The position numbers were made by a program, and so were the translations under genes. A model generated the notes under the pieces. It saw only the letters and a list, made by a program, of their open reading frames with translations. It was not told the origin of the DNA and made no database searches. A stretch of DNA of 57,433 bases, filler included, from Planctomycetota bacterium (GTDB lineage: Bacteria; Planctomycetota; Planctomycetia; JALXBF01), in NCBI GenBank assembly GCA_026991575.1. It is 6 parts of 6 records of this genome, joined end to end, with 100 filler letters (N's around TTAATTAATTAA, not from the genome) between each part and the next. Parts side by side here need not be neighbours in the genome. Positions count along the whole stretch, not along the records: positions 1 to 11,022 come from JALXBF010000171.1; 5 more parts are not named here. The stretch is one strand, 5' to 3'. Below, one piece after another: positions 1 through 9,403 of this stretch (position 1 is its first letter; every line of letters starts with the position of its first letter).

Positions 1-381
1 GACACGGCACAGCTCGATCTGCTGGGGCGGCAGCTACTGAGCCTGACGACTGCTCTCGCAGAGCACGTGCATGGCCAAGAGGACTGGCTCTTCGATGAGC
101 TGCGTCGGGTCTACGACCACGGTGCGGCGGGGGCGCTGTCCGAGCCGGCCAGGCAGGAGCTGCGGCGGATGCATCAGGAGCACCGCCGTCTGCTGGCACT
201 GGCTGATGAGACGCTGAGCAGTGCCCGCAGACAGACCTGCTCGGGCCACGACGGGCTGCTGGCCGAGCTGGTCCGCGACCTGGAGCACCTGAAGGCACGC
301 TTGGAAGAGCACCGCAGACTGGAGACACGCGTCTTGCTACCGGCAATCGGCGTCGAAGCCGGTTACGTGACCGCGCAGTAG
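1..381 (+). CDS. Hemerythrin-like domain protein (5' partial; frame open from base 1)
   Basis: Helical His/Glu motifs EHVHGQEDWLF, MHQEH and LEEHRRLETRVLLP match the hemerythrin/RIC pattern H..EE..LF, M..EH, H...E...LFP. Confidence 0.65.
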   Translation, partial: DTAQLDLLGRQLLSLTTALAEHVHGQEDWLFDELRRVYDHGAAGALSEPARQELRRMHQEHRRLLALADETLSSARRQTCSGHDGLLAELVRDLEHLKARLEEHRRLETRVLLPAIGVEAGYVTAQ

Positions 382-460
382 CCAACGGCGGCCACTGGAC
401 CGGGCTTCTAGGATTGACGGTGTAGAAACGGTGCATCTTTGGCTCAGGGGGATTGGTCCG

Positions 461-790
461 ATGGCTTTGGCGACGGGTGCAGGTAAAGAGACGACCGCCG
501 TTGAGCGTGTGAAGGATCGGTTGCAGCGCGATAGTGGCCGCCAGCAGACGGTCGGCTGCGGGGATCTTTGCGAGCGGCTTGCCCGAATCATCGACCAGCG
601 AACCGCGGGTCGAGTCCATGCGCTGCGGGTAACGCAGTGTACGGACACGGGCTGTGTGCAGGTGCACGGTGTTGTGGGCAGCCACTACGTGCGGCAGCTT
701 GTGCTGGCTGCCGTGCTGGAAGCTCTGGGCCAGGAAGGCCTGCGCCTGGTACGGCTTGACGTCCATGTCCGCCGCGCCAGCCACGGCTGA
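461..790 (+). CDS. Small BON-like domain protein (planctomycete type); alternative start 431
   Basis: RIIDQRTAGRVHALRV...VQVHGVVGSHYVRQLVLAAV resembles the BON-like motif v.l.G.v.syy.kQla. Confidence 0.6.
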   Translation: MALATGAGKETTAVERVKDRLQRDSGRQQTVGCGDLCERLARIIDQRTAGRVHALRVTQCTDTGCVQVHGVVGSHYVRQLVLAAVLEALGQEGLRLVRLDVHVRRASHG

Positions 791-880
791 GGTGGCTCCC
801 GGTCTCTTCGGTGTAGACCCGCTCCGATTTGCCCACTCTGCTACCACTGGCTGCCGGCCGGCCTGGAACTCGCGTTCCGC

Positions 881-1732
881 TCACAAGGCGCGGCGGCCGT
901 CCTGGGTCATACCGATCGCCGGTGCCGATGGGCTTAGCACGAAGATCTCCACACGCCGGTTCCGTGCTCGGTTCTGCTCGCTGTCGTTCGGGACCAGCGG
1001 CTGGAACTGGCCGTAGCCGGCCACGCCCATCCTGGTCGGTTCGATCCCGGCCTGCTCCAGGAACTGCTGGACTGCTACCGCTCGATGAACACTCAGATGC
1101 CAGTTCGTCGGGTGCTTGGCGCGGGTCTCCGGCCGCACGATCGGGCGGTCGTCCGTGTGGCCGACGATGAAGAGGTTAAACCGTGATCCGGCTTCGGACC
1201 GGAAGATCTGAGCGAACTCATGGAGCACTTCCTTGGCTTGCGGCGACAGCTCAGCCTCGCCTAGCGGGAAGAGCACGTCCGACTTGAACTTGCTGATGCC
1301 CCGTTCCGCGTCGACCTCCACAAAATCCGGATGCCGGATCGCGAACGCTTCCAGCTGCCGCTGCACTTCCTCGTTCAGCACCGCCTGCTGTGGATGCATG
1401 CCAGCCAGGAGCTCGCGGTACATCGCCTCCATTTCCGCGCGCTCCTTGTCGTATTCCTGCACCCGTTGCTCATACCTGGCCAGAATCGTCTGCTTCTCGT
1501 TCAGCAGCCGGCGCAGCTCGGCGATTTGGGCGTTCAGGTCGGCTGCCTCCTGGCGTGCGCGCTCCAGCTCGGCAGCCAACTGTTGTTTCTGCTGATAGAG
1601 CTGTCGGCTGTACGCCTGGCACCGATCCAGATCTGCCTTCGGCACCATCGCGCAGCCGCTGCCCAACAGCGTGCCAGCAGCCACTAGCGTGAACAGCCCG
1701 ACGTGGCCTCGTGACCTACGGCCCGTACGCAT
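881..1732 (-). CDS. OmpA/MotB-family lipoprotein with N-terminal coiled coil
   Basis: Lipobox LLGSGC, coiled coil, then SDVLF, VGHTDDRP, NWHLSVHRAVAV and RARNRRVEI peptidoglycan-binding motifs. Confidence 0.9.
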   Translation of the reverse strand: MRTGRRSRGHVGLFTLVAAGTLLGSGCAMVPKADLDRCQAYSRQLYQQKQQLAAELERARQEAADLNAQIAELRRLLNEKQTILARYEQRVQEYDKERAEMEAMYRELLAGMHPQQAVLNEEVQRQLEAFAIRHPDFVEVDAERGISKFKSDVLFPLGEAELSPQAKEVLHEFAQIFRSEAGSRFNLFIVGHTDDRPIVRPETRAKHPTNWHLSVHRAVAVQQFLEQAGIEPTRMGVAGYGQFQPLVPNDSEQNRARNRRVEIFVLSPSAPAIGMTQDGRRAL

Positions 1733-2123
1733 AGAGATGACCCTCCCTGTCCGTCAACTCTGCCCCCAACCGTGTTGGCCTCTCAGATGCCGGCACTCCG
1801 TCGCACGCGCCGGCTTGAACCGTGCTCGCAACGTCGCTCAGAACGTGCCTGGCCTGACGACGGAAGAAAGTGACCACGAGCAGCCGCCTTATACCGCAGC
1901 CCGCCGTCGTGGACAAGAGCAGATTCGCCCGTCAGTGCGTCCGACTCGTGCTGCATCGAGGCCCCGATCGTCAGTACCACCGTCGCCTGGCCCACTCTGG
2001 CCACTGCATGCTTGGCAGCACGGCGGCCGCGAGAGCCGCTGACCGCGCGCCGGCTCAGTGAATGTGCATGACGGTTTCCCCCAGGATCTGCGAGCCGCAT
2101 TAGCCGAAGGCGACCGGCCTGCG

Positions 2124-2145
2124 TTCGGTTACCATTCGGTTACCA
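2124..2145. promoter_or_regulatory. 11-bp tandem direct repeat (TTCGGTTACCA x2), candidate regulator site between divergent ompA-like gene and glpD
   Basis: Exact repeat seen in the sequence; the regulatory role is inferred. Confidence 0.3.
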
Positions 2146-2325
2146 TCCTAAAGAAGTCGGAAGTCGCGGTTACGGTGCTGCAGTCCCGCTCGTCGGGTTC
2201 GCTCGCGGCCAAGTGGCACCGCCGGGGTGCCGCTCGGTGGTCGGCCGGCATGCCTGCTTACGGCACGTGCGTCGGTGCCGCGCGTGGCCAGAGCCGATAG
2301 CTAGCACGACGCGGATAGCGGTCGA

Positions 2326-3993
2326 ATGACAAAGCGTGTCCTGATCGTCGGAGCAGGTATCAACGGAGCGGCTCTTGCCCGGGAGCTCCTGCTTAATGGC
2401 GTTGCGGTCGATTTGGTGGATGAGTCAGATATCTGCTCGGGCACGTCGGCGTTCAGTACGAGGCTGATCCACGGCGGGTTGCGCTATCTGGAGTACCGCG
2501 AGCTTGAGCTGGTCCGTGAGTCGTTGGCGGAGCGGAACCGGTGGCTGGCACTGGCCCCCCAGCTGGTGCGGCCGCTGCGCATCTTCATCCCGGCGACCAC
2601 TCGCCTTGGTGGCCTGATCGGTGTAGCCCGGCGTTTCCTGCACCTGGAGAAGGCCAGCAGTGCGGTCAAAGCGCCGTCGCGTGGCCTGTGGCTAATCCGT
2701 TTGGGGCTAGCCGTGTACGACTCCTACGCCGGCGCCTCCGCGTTGCCGCCGCACTCGGTGCATCACCTCGCCGATCCTGACGTCCCACCGGTCGACCGGA
2801 ATCGCTACCTTGGCATGTGTTCGTACTACGACGGCCAGCTACGCTGGGTGGAACGCTTTGTCATTGCTCTTCTACAGGACGCGTGCCTGATCGCTGCTCA
2901 GCGAGGGGTGCATTTTCGGCTCTGGACGCACGTGCGGCTCCGTGCAACCAGTGCGGGCAGTGCGTTCGAGCTGGTGCGATCGGACGGCACCGTAATCGGC
3001 GCTATCGAAACTCCCGATGCGGTTGTCAACGCGACCGGTCCATGGGTAGACCGGACGCTACGCGAGCTGGGCATCAGCTCGCCGCCGTTGATCGGAGGCA
3101 CGAAGGGCAGCCACATCGGCACGTTTCATACCGGATTACGTACGGCCCTGCGTAACGGTGGCGTGTATGCTGAGGCCATTGACGGTCGGCCGTTCTTCAT
3201 CCTGCCGTTCGGGGAGGCCGTGCTGATCGGCACGACCGACATCCCTTACCGGGGTGACCCACGGGCCGCCGTGCCCGACGAAACGGAAGTGGAATACCTG
3301 CTTGCGTCCGTGCGTCAAGTCTTCCCGCAGTACCCGCTTACCCGCTCTGACATCGCGTTCTTCTACGCCGGCGTACGGCCGTTGCCGCGTGTGGAGGGCC
3401 GGTCGCCCAGCGGCATTACCCGCCGACACTTCGTGCGCGCCCATCCGGAAGCGCCCCGGCCAACGTTCTCGCTGATTGGCGGCAAACTGACGGTGTGTCG
3501 GTCGCTGGCAGAGCTGGCTGCCCGCACGGTGCTTCGCACCATTGGGCTTGCGGTTCACACGCATTCACGCAATCGCCCGCTGCCTGGTGCCCCGTCGTCG
3601 CCCTGTTCCGTGCCGGCGACTCTGCGACGTGCTGTGACCGGACATGGGTTCGAGCCGGTGCTGGCCGAGCGCTTGTTCGAGTGGTATGGAACCCGGGCCG
3701 AGTCGGTGCTGGAGGAGGCGGTGCGGCTGGCAAGCGGGACGGTGGCCTGTAGCTGGGTGCCGCGCGGGCTGGTGGACTGGATTGTTGCACATGAGTGGGT
3801 CGGTGAGCTTGAGGACCTCGTTGTACGCCGATTGCTGTTGGTGTTCGAACCGGTAATCCATCGCGCCACGCTCGTCGAGCTGGCAGCCAGGCTGCGGGTC
3901 CACGGCCGATTGCAGGCTGAGCAGGACGGCGACGAGGTCCAACGTCTTTGCACCTTGCTGCGCACGAGGTTCGGCCGCGAGGTCGTCGAGTAA
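2326..3993 (+). CDS. glpD: FAD-dependent glycerol-3-phosphate dehydrogenase/oxidase
   Basis: GAGINGA FAD motif, GTSAFSTRLIHGGLRYLE, VNATGPW, KGSHI, IGTTD, AGVRPL and GGKLT motifs. Confidence 0.9.
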   Translation: MTKRVLIVGAGINGAALARELLLNGVAVDLVDESDICSGTSAFSTRLIHGGLRYLEYRELELVRESLAERNRWLALAPQLVRPLRIFIPATTRLGGLIGVARRFLHLEKASSAVKAPSRGLWLIRLGLAVYDSYAGASALPPHSVHHLADPDVPPVDRNRYLGMCSYYDGQLRWVERFVIALLQDACLIAAQRGVHFRLWTHVRLRATSAGSAFELVRSDGTVIGAIETPDAVVNATGPWVDRTLRELGISSPPLIGGTKGSHIGTFHTGLRTALRNGGVYAEAIDGRPFFILPFGEAVLIGTTDIPYRGDPRAAVPDETEVEYLLASVRQVFPQYPLTRSDIAFFYAGVRPLPRVEGRSPSGITRRHFVRAHPEAPRPTFSLIGGKLTVCRSLAELAARTVLRTIGLAVHTHSRNRPLPGAPSSPCSVPATLRRAVTGHGFEPVLAERLFEWYGTRAESVLEEAVRLASGTVACSWVPRGLVDWIVAHEWVGELEDLVVRRLLLVFEPVIHRATLVELAARLRVHGRLQAEQDGDEVQRLCTLLRTRFGREVVE

Positions 3994-4475
3994 CAGCGGT
4001 CGGAGCTGCTGTTGTGCGCGGTGTCCAGGGGGGCCTGGGCAGCCGATCCGTCGGGTCACCGCTTGCCGTTCGGGAAAGGCCATCGCGGGGACGGCCCGCC
4101 CGCGGGTGCCACGACGAGACGGGGCGATTCGGCTCCTGCCGAGCGTGCGTTCGGGTACGCTGTGGCGTTCGACATCCCTCGCTGGCGTTCCCCGGCGAGG
4201 CAAACAAGCACCGAGCTACACGGGACGATCTCTGATCACGCGACTGGCCCGTTCGCGCCGATTGGCGGTACTCGGATGCCCGATGGCTGGGCATCGGGCG
4301 TACGCGGCGGTCGATCGGGCCTAGGCCGGGCGGGAAGGGGACGGGGCTGGGTACGGCGTGCCCGGGTGTTGGGTTTCCGTTTAAGATAGGGAGTCCTGCG
4401 ACGACCAGGCCGCCGCTTCGTGGCGCGCGGCAGCATCAGGGCTAGACGTGGGCGCGATGCCTGGAGCGGGAATCC

Positions 4476-6674
4476 ATGGCAACAGGCGAAGCCGCTGAGC
4501 TGAACGGCCGAACCATCGGAGGACACCACCCGGGGCTGTTCACGCTGTTCTTCTCGGAAATGTGGGAGCGCTTCTCGTTCTACGGGATGCGCGCCCTGCT
4601 GACGCTGTACCTGCAAAAGGGCTTCCTCGGCTACGGGGACTCCGATGCGTTCGCCGTGTATGGCTCGTACACGGCTCTGGTGTACATGACGCCGTTTTTC
4701 GGCGGCATGCTGGCTGACCGCTTGATCGGACCCCGTCGGGCAGTAGTTCTCGGGGGCGTGCTTATGGCCTTGGGCCACCTGTTGATGACCGTCGAACAGG
4801 CGGTGGCCCTTTTCATGGCGCTGGGGCTTCTGGTTTGTGGAAACGGGCTGTTCAAGCCAAACATTTCGACGCTGGTCGGATCGCTGTACAAGCCGGGCAG
4901 TGAAAAGCGTGATGCCGGCTTCACAATCTTCTACATGGGCATCAATCTCGGTGCCGCCATGTCATCGCTGATCTGTGGTTACATTGGCGAGACCTACGGC
5001 TGGCATTTCGGCTTTGGCATGGCCACGATCGGAATGTTGCTTGGCGTGGCGGTGTTCGTGATGCCGGTGCTGTTGGCGCAGTTGCTGTTGGCCGGCTCGG
5101 CGGGGCTGTTTGCCTTTGGGCTGTGGTGGATGTGGCTGTACCCGGAATCGAAGCTGCCGGAGCTAATCAATCTGACGGTTTCGGGCATCACGTTGGCCAG
5201 TGCCGTGATTGCCTGGCTAGCTTTCCGGCGGGCCGGGGAGCTGGAGGCTCGTGGTCCTGCGCGGACAGTGACCGCTGCGATCGTCCTGGCCGGCGCCATT
5301 GCGGCGGCTGCCTGGCTGGTACGCTTCCACCCGGAGAATCAGTTCTCCACCGCGGTCAACTACTTCGTCGCTGCAGCCATGGTGATCGCCGCCGCGGTCG
5401 CCTGCTGGGCCTTGGCCTACGGAGGCCTGCCGCTGCGGATCGGGCAGCCGGAGGATATGCAGAGGCTCTTTGCGCCGGTGGTACCCGGACTGCCGATCAC
5501 GCGGGAGTGGGCGGTCTTCGCTGGGTCAATCCTGGCAGTTCCCGTGCTGGCCGCGTTGGTCTCCGGGTTTGCGATCCTCACGCCCGAAGGAAGGCCCGTC
5601 TACCTTATTCCTGCCTCGACAGTCGAGGCAATCAAGCGGACCGGTGGCTTTGGCGAAGTGCTGGCCACGGTGGTGCGGGAACTCAGCCTCCCAGGCGGCC
5701 TGGTGCTGTTTATCGGAGGGTTGGGCTGCGCGATCTACTTGGGCGTTGAAACGTTCAAGCTGGACAAGGTCGGCCGGCATCGGATGTTCGCCATCTTGGT
5801 CCTGACTCTGTTCAGCATGCTGTTCTGGGCGTTCTTCGAGCAAGCCGGAAGCTCGCTGAATCTGTTCGCTGACCGAAACGTCGATCGGGTGCTCGAGCGG
5901 CGGCAGGTGACCGAAGCAGACGTCGGTAAGGTGCTGGAGATCCAGCCGACGCAGGAGAACATTGGGTACTCGTACAAAGGAAAACCCTTCTTGATGAAAG
6001 ACCTGACGAAATTGCGCGACGAACACAAGGGCGATCCAAACTTTACGATCGAGTGGCCGATCACCGAAGAGCACATCGGGATGGGCATCGCCGAGCGGCG
6101 GCAGGAGATTCCGGCCAGCGTGTTTCAGAGTATCAACCCGATCTACATCCTCATCTTTGGGCTTCCGTTCTCGGTGCTCTGGGTCATGCTGGCCCGGATC
6201 AATCTCGAGCCGTCAATCCCGGTCAAGTTCGCTCTGGGGTTGTTGCAGCTCGGTCTGGGCTTTGGAGCGATCTGGCTCGGTGGCCAGCTGGCGGACGATC
6301 GCGGCATGGTGTTCGTGGGTTGGCTCCTGCTTGGCTACCTGTTGCATACAACCGGAGAACTGTGTCTGTCGCCGGTTGGTCTGTCCATGGTCACGAAGCT
6401 TTCGCCCAGGCACCTGGTTAGCACCGTGATGGGCACCTGGTTCCTGGCGACGGCGTTCTCCCAGTACCTGGCCGCCATTATCGCGCAGTTCACTGGGGTG
6501 ACGATCGAGAAAGGCGGTGAGACGGTGATTCCGCCCCCGAACGAGACGCTGCCTGTGTACACGGATGTGTTTGGCAAAGTGGGCATTGCAGCGGTGGTTG
6601 CGGCGCTGATCTGCTTTGCGTTGAGCCCCATCCTGAAACGCTGGATGCACCTGGATCGCGCGCCCACGGCCTAG
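4476..6674 (+). CDS. Proton-dependent oligopeptide transporter (POT/PTR family, MFS)
   Basis: EMWERFSFYGMRALL, GNGLFKPNISTLVG, FTIFYMGINLG, FWAFFEQAGSSL, FQSINP and GELCLSPVGLS signatures. Confidence 0.93.
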   Translation: MATGEAAELNGRTIGGHHPGLFTLFFSEMWERFSFYGMRALLTLYLQKGFLGYGDSDAFAVYGSYTALVYMTPFFGGMLADRLIGPRRAVVLGGVLMALGHLLMTVEQAVALFMALGLLVCGNGLFKPNISTLVGSLYKPGSEKRDAGFTIFYMGINLGAAMSSLICGYIGETYGWHFGFGMATIGMLLGVAVFVMPVLLAQLLLAGSAGLFAFGLWWMWLYPESKLPELINLTVSGITLASAVIAWLAFRRAGELEARGPARTVTAAIVLAGAIAAAAWLVRFHPENQFSTAVNYFVAAAMVIAAAVACWALAYGGLPLRIGQPEDMQRLFAPVVPGLPITREWAVFAGSILAVPVLAALVSGFAILTPEGRPVYLIPASTVEAIKRTGGFGEVLATVVRELSLPGGLVLFIGGLGCAIYLGVETFKLDKVGRHRMFAILVLTLFSMLFWAFFEQAGSSLNLFADRNVDRVLERRQVTEADVGKVLEIQPTQENIGYSYKGKPFLMKDLTKLRDEHKGDPNFTIEWPITEEHIGMGIAERRQEIPASVFQSINPIYILIFGLPFSVLWVMLARINLEPSIPVKFALGLLQLGLGFGAIWLGGQLADDRGMVFVGWLLLGYLLHTTGELCLSPVGLSMVTKLSPRHLVSTVMGTWFLATAFSQYLAAIIAQFTGVTIEKGGETVIPPPNETLPVYTDVFGKVGIAAVVAALICFALSPILKRWMHLDRAPTA

Positions 6675-6754
6675 CAACGGACCACTTGGCCAAGAGGCAC
6701 TGCGCTCAGCGGGGGCAGTTTGGCGGGCTGCGCACGTGCGGAGAGAACAGCAGC

Positions 6755-7306
6755 ATGCCGTCTTGGCTGGTGGGTGAAACGTCGACGACGCTGTGGCTGC
6801 TGGCGTTGGCAGCGGCCTGTGCGGTGGCGTGGCTGGTAATCAGTCGCAAGCCGGCGGCTCTGGTGGTGCTGGCAATCTGTGGCTTGCTGGCACTTGGGGT
6901 GGCTGTGGCCGACTACCTGGTCGTCACAGACCAGGAGGCGATCGTTGCCCTTCTGGAACGGACTCGGGAGGCTTTCTTGCAGGAGGACCTTGCGACCATT
7001 GTGGAGGCGTTGGGGCCAGAGTTTGCAGCGAATCGGCTCGGCAGGGCTGAGGTTGAGCGTGCCCTTCGTGAACTGCTCCGTCAGGTGGAGCTGGTGCAGT
7101 TGCGTTTCCTCGTACGACAAATGGACCTGCCGCAGCAAGGCAACGTGGCGACAGTCACCTTGGATGTGGTTGCTCGAGGCACTTACGCCGGGCAGGACTT
7201 CGGGTTGTACCGCGCACGCTGGCGGCTTCGACTGCGTAAGCTTCCTGACGGCCGTTGGCTGCTGTCGCACGCAGAGCAGATCCAGGGAACCCCGACACTG
7301 CAGTAG
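6755..7306 (+). CDS. Hypothetical membrane protein (2 N-terminal TM helices, probable NTF2-like periplasmic domain)
   Basis: GGAGAG RBS before ATG 6755; two hydrophobic segments, then an alpha/beta pattern ending LRLRKLPDGRWLL. Confidence 0.6.
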   Translation: MPSWLVGETSTTLWLLALAAACAVAWLVISRKPAALVVLAICGLLALGVAVADYLVVTDQEAIVALLERTREAFLQEDLATIVEALGPEFAANRLGRAEVERALRELLRQVELVQLRFLVRQMDLPQQGNVATVTLDVVARGTYAGQDFGLYRARWRLRLRKLPDGRWLLSHAEQIQGTPTLQ

Positions 7307-7513
7307 CCGGCAGCGGCCATACTCCGGAACGTAGCCGACCGATAGCATTGCTATCGGAAGCGCTCGTGCGGCGCGGGGTGGCAGGGCGCGGAAAGGCGAG
7401 CAGGGGCGAGGCTGGGCCGGCGCGCGGGAGCCGCCAACACGCGGGGCGATCGGACGAAGAACAACTGGGGGCGTCGCGTGGCGAGGCCCTCTTGCGTCGC
7501 GACATCGGACCGG

Positions 7514-8515
7514 ATGATGGTCACGGTAACCAACAACAAGATGACGGCGGCCACGGCGGCGGAGGACCGGTGGGGGGAACCGCCGCGTTGGACGCAACCG
7601 GGTGGCGGCTTGGGCATGCGGGTTGAGTTGGCCTGGGCGCGGCTGCGTCGCTGGTATTTGCGGCGGTTTCGCAGGGGCTACGTTGAGCGGATGCTCGCTC
7701 GGCGCCTAGGCGCCTGCCCGGACTGCCCGCACGACGTCATCGATTCGCGCGACCTGAAGTATGTGCGGAACGTATGCGGTTACAGGTTCGATCCGGAGGA
7801 CGACCCGCATGGCTGGCGCGACCGGCTTCCGGTGGTGCGGGACGGTTGGATCGAGATCGTGATGGCCGCGGTGGTGCTGCTGCCCGCGGCGGTGGTGCTG
7901 GGCGTGTGGCAGCCGTGGGCCGCAGCGTTTCCCGTTGCGGGGTGGCTGTTTGTCGTGTTCTTCTTCCGGAATCCGACGCGGCGGGTACCGGCTGAGCCGG
8001 GGCTCCTGGTCGCCCCTGCTGATGGGCGGGTGGTGGACGTGCGGAAAGTGGAGGAGATGCCGATCGTGGGGGGACCGGCGTGGCGGATCGGCATCTTTTT
8101 GTCGGTGTTCGATGTGCACGTGAACCGATGTCCGGAGAAGGCCACGGTAGAGGAGGTCAGGTACCGGCCCGGACGGTTCTTCGACGCGCGTGACCGGCGT
8201 GCTTCTGAGCAGAACGAGTCGACGACGATACTGTTTCGCGCCCCGGAGCTGGGCCCATTTGTGGTGCGGCAGATCGCGGGCTTGATTGCGCGCCGCATCG
8301 TCTGCTACGCCGCCCCGGGCCGCCAGTACGCGCGCGGCGAGCTGATCGGGCTGATAAAATTTGGTTCGCGCACCGAGTTGTACGTTCCCGCCGTTCCGGG
8401 CCTGGAGATTCTGGTCCAGGAGGGAGTGAAGGTACGAGGGGGAGCGACGCCGATTGTGCGCTACCGGGCCACACCAGCTACCGACTCGGCACCGGCTCAG
8501 ACTGCAGGCGGGTAG
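7514..8515 (+). CDS. psd: Phosphatidylserine decarboxylase proenzyme (start uncertain, 7478-7541)
   Basis: FFRNP, VAPADGRV, IFLSVFDVHVNRCP, QIAGLIARRI and IKFGSRTEL (GS autocleavage motif). Confidence 0.92.
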   Translation: MMVTVTNNKMTAATAAEDRWGEPPRWTQPGGGLGMRVELAWARLRRWYLRRFRRGYVERMLARRLGACPDCPHDVIDSRDLKYVRNVCGYRFDPEDDPHGWRDRLPVVRDGWIEIVMAAVVLLPAAVVLGVWQPWAAAFPVAGWLFVVFFFRNPTRRVPAEPGLLVAPADGRVVDVRKVEEMPIVGGPAWRIGIFLSVFDVHVNRCPEKATVEEVRYRPGRFFDARDRRASEQNESTTILFRAPELGPFVVRQIAGLIARRIVCYAAPGRQYARGELIGLIKFGSRTELYVPAVPGLEILVQEGVKVRGGATPIVRYRATPATDSAPAQTAGG

Positions 8516-8521
8516 GGAGCA

Positions 8522-9358
8522 ATGCCCTCGATCCAACGAGCCTGGATTCCAGTGCTGTTCACCTTGGCCAACGGGATCTGCGGCTTTGCTGCCGTGACCT
8601 ATGCGGCGCGCATTCCACGCGGTCTGGATCAGTATGACGCGGCCGTGATCACCTGGCTGTGGATGGCCGGGTGGTTCATCATCGCTGCCATGCTGTTCGA
8701 TTGCCTGGACGGTCGCCTGGCTCGTTGGACACGGTCTGCCTCGCAGTTTGGAGGCGAGCTGGACTCACTGTGCGATGCGATCAGCTTTGGCGTGGCTCCG
8801 GGCTTTCTGCTCCTGAAGCTGTCTGAGCCGGACGCCTTTCCTGTCGAGGCCCTGTGGGCGATCGCGGTCTTCTACGTCATGTGTGTTGCCCTGCGGCTTG
8901 CCCGCTTCAACGCCCACAACTCACCGGACGAAGAAGCCCACCTCCGTTTCTCCGGACTGCCATCCCCGGCAGCGGCCGGTGTCATCGCTGGCGTGGCACT
9001 CGTCCGGCACCAGCTGCGAACGCCCAGTAGCTTCCTGGGCCAGTTGATTTCGTTCTTTGAGCTAAATCCGGGCCAGGTCGAGCGGGTGGTCGCCGTGCTG
9101 ATGCCGATCACCGCCATTGTCCTGGGCGTGCTCATGGTCTCACGGCTGCCCTATCCCCATCTGGCCAGTGTCCTGCTGAGCCGGCGCACGCCGCGGCGGG
9201 CCAAACTGCTGGCGCTGATCATGCTGCTGGTGGCTGCCGTTGTGCTCCGCGAGTTCGTCGTGCCGGTTGTCTTCACCGTCTACAGCCTCGGCGTCCCGGT
9301 GTTGTCCGCAGGAGTGTTCATCCGCAACCGCATCCTTGCGCGCGAACCGGCCTACTAG
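8522..9358 (+). CDS. pssA: CDP-diacylglycerol--serine O-phosphatidyltransferase
   Basis: CDP-alcohol motif DCLDGRLAR...FGGELDSLCDAISFGVAP, LRLARFN, FSGLPSPAAA; directly downstream of psd. Confidence 0.92.
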   Translation: MPSIQRAWIPVLFTLANGICGFAAVTYAARIPRGLDQYDAAVITWLWMAGWFIIAAMLFDCLDGRLARWTRSASQFGGELDSLCDAISFGVAPGFLLLKLSEPDAFPVEALWAIAVFYVMCVALRLARFNAHNSPDEEAHLRFSGLPSPAAAGVIAGVALVRHQLRTPSSFLGQLISFFELNPGQVERVVAVLMPITAIVLGVLMVSRLPYPHLASVLLSRRTPRRAKLLALIMLLVAAVVLREFVVPVVFTVYSLGVPVLSAGVFIRNRILAREPAY

Positions 9359-9403
9359 CTGCCCCGCAAACCCGTCAACGGTCGAGGACGAGGACAGCAA
9401 CCG

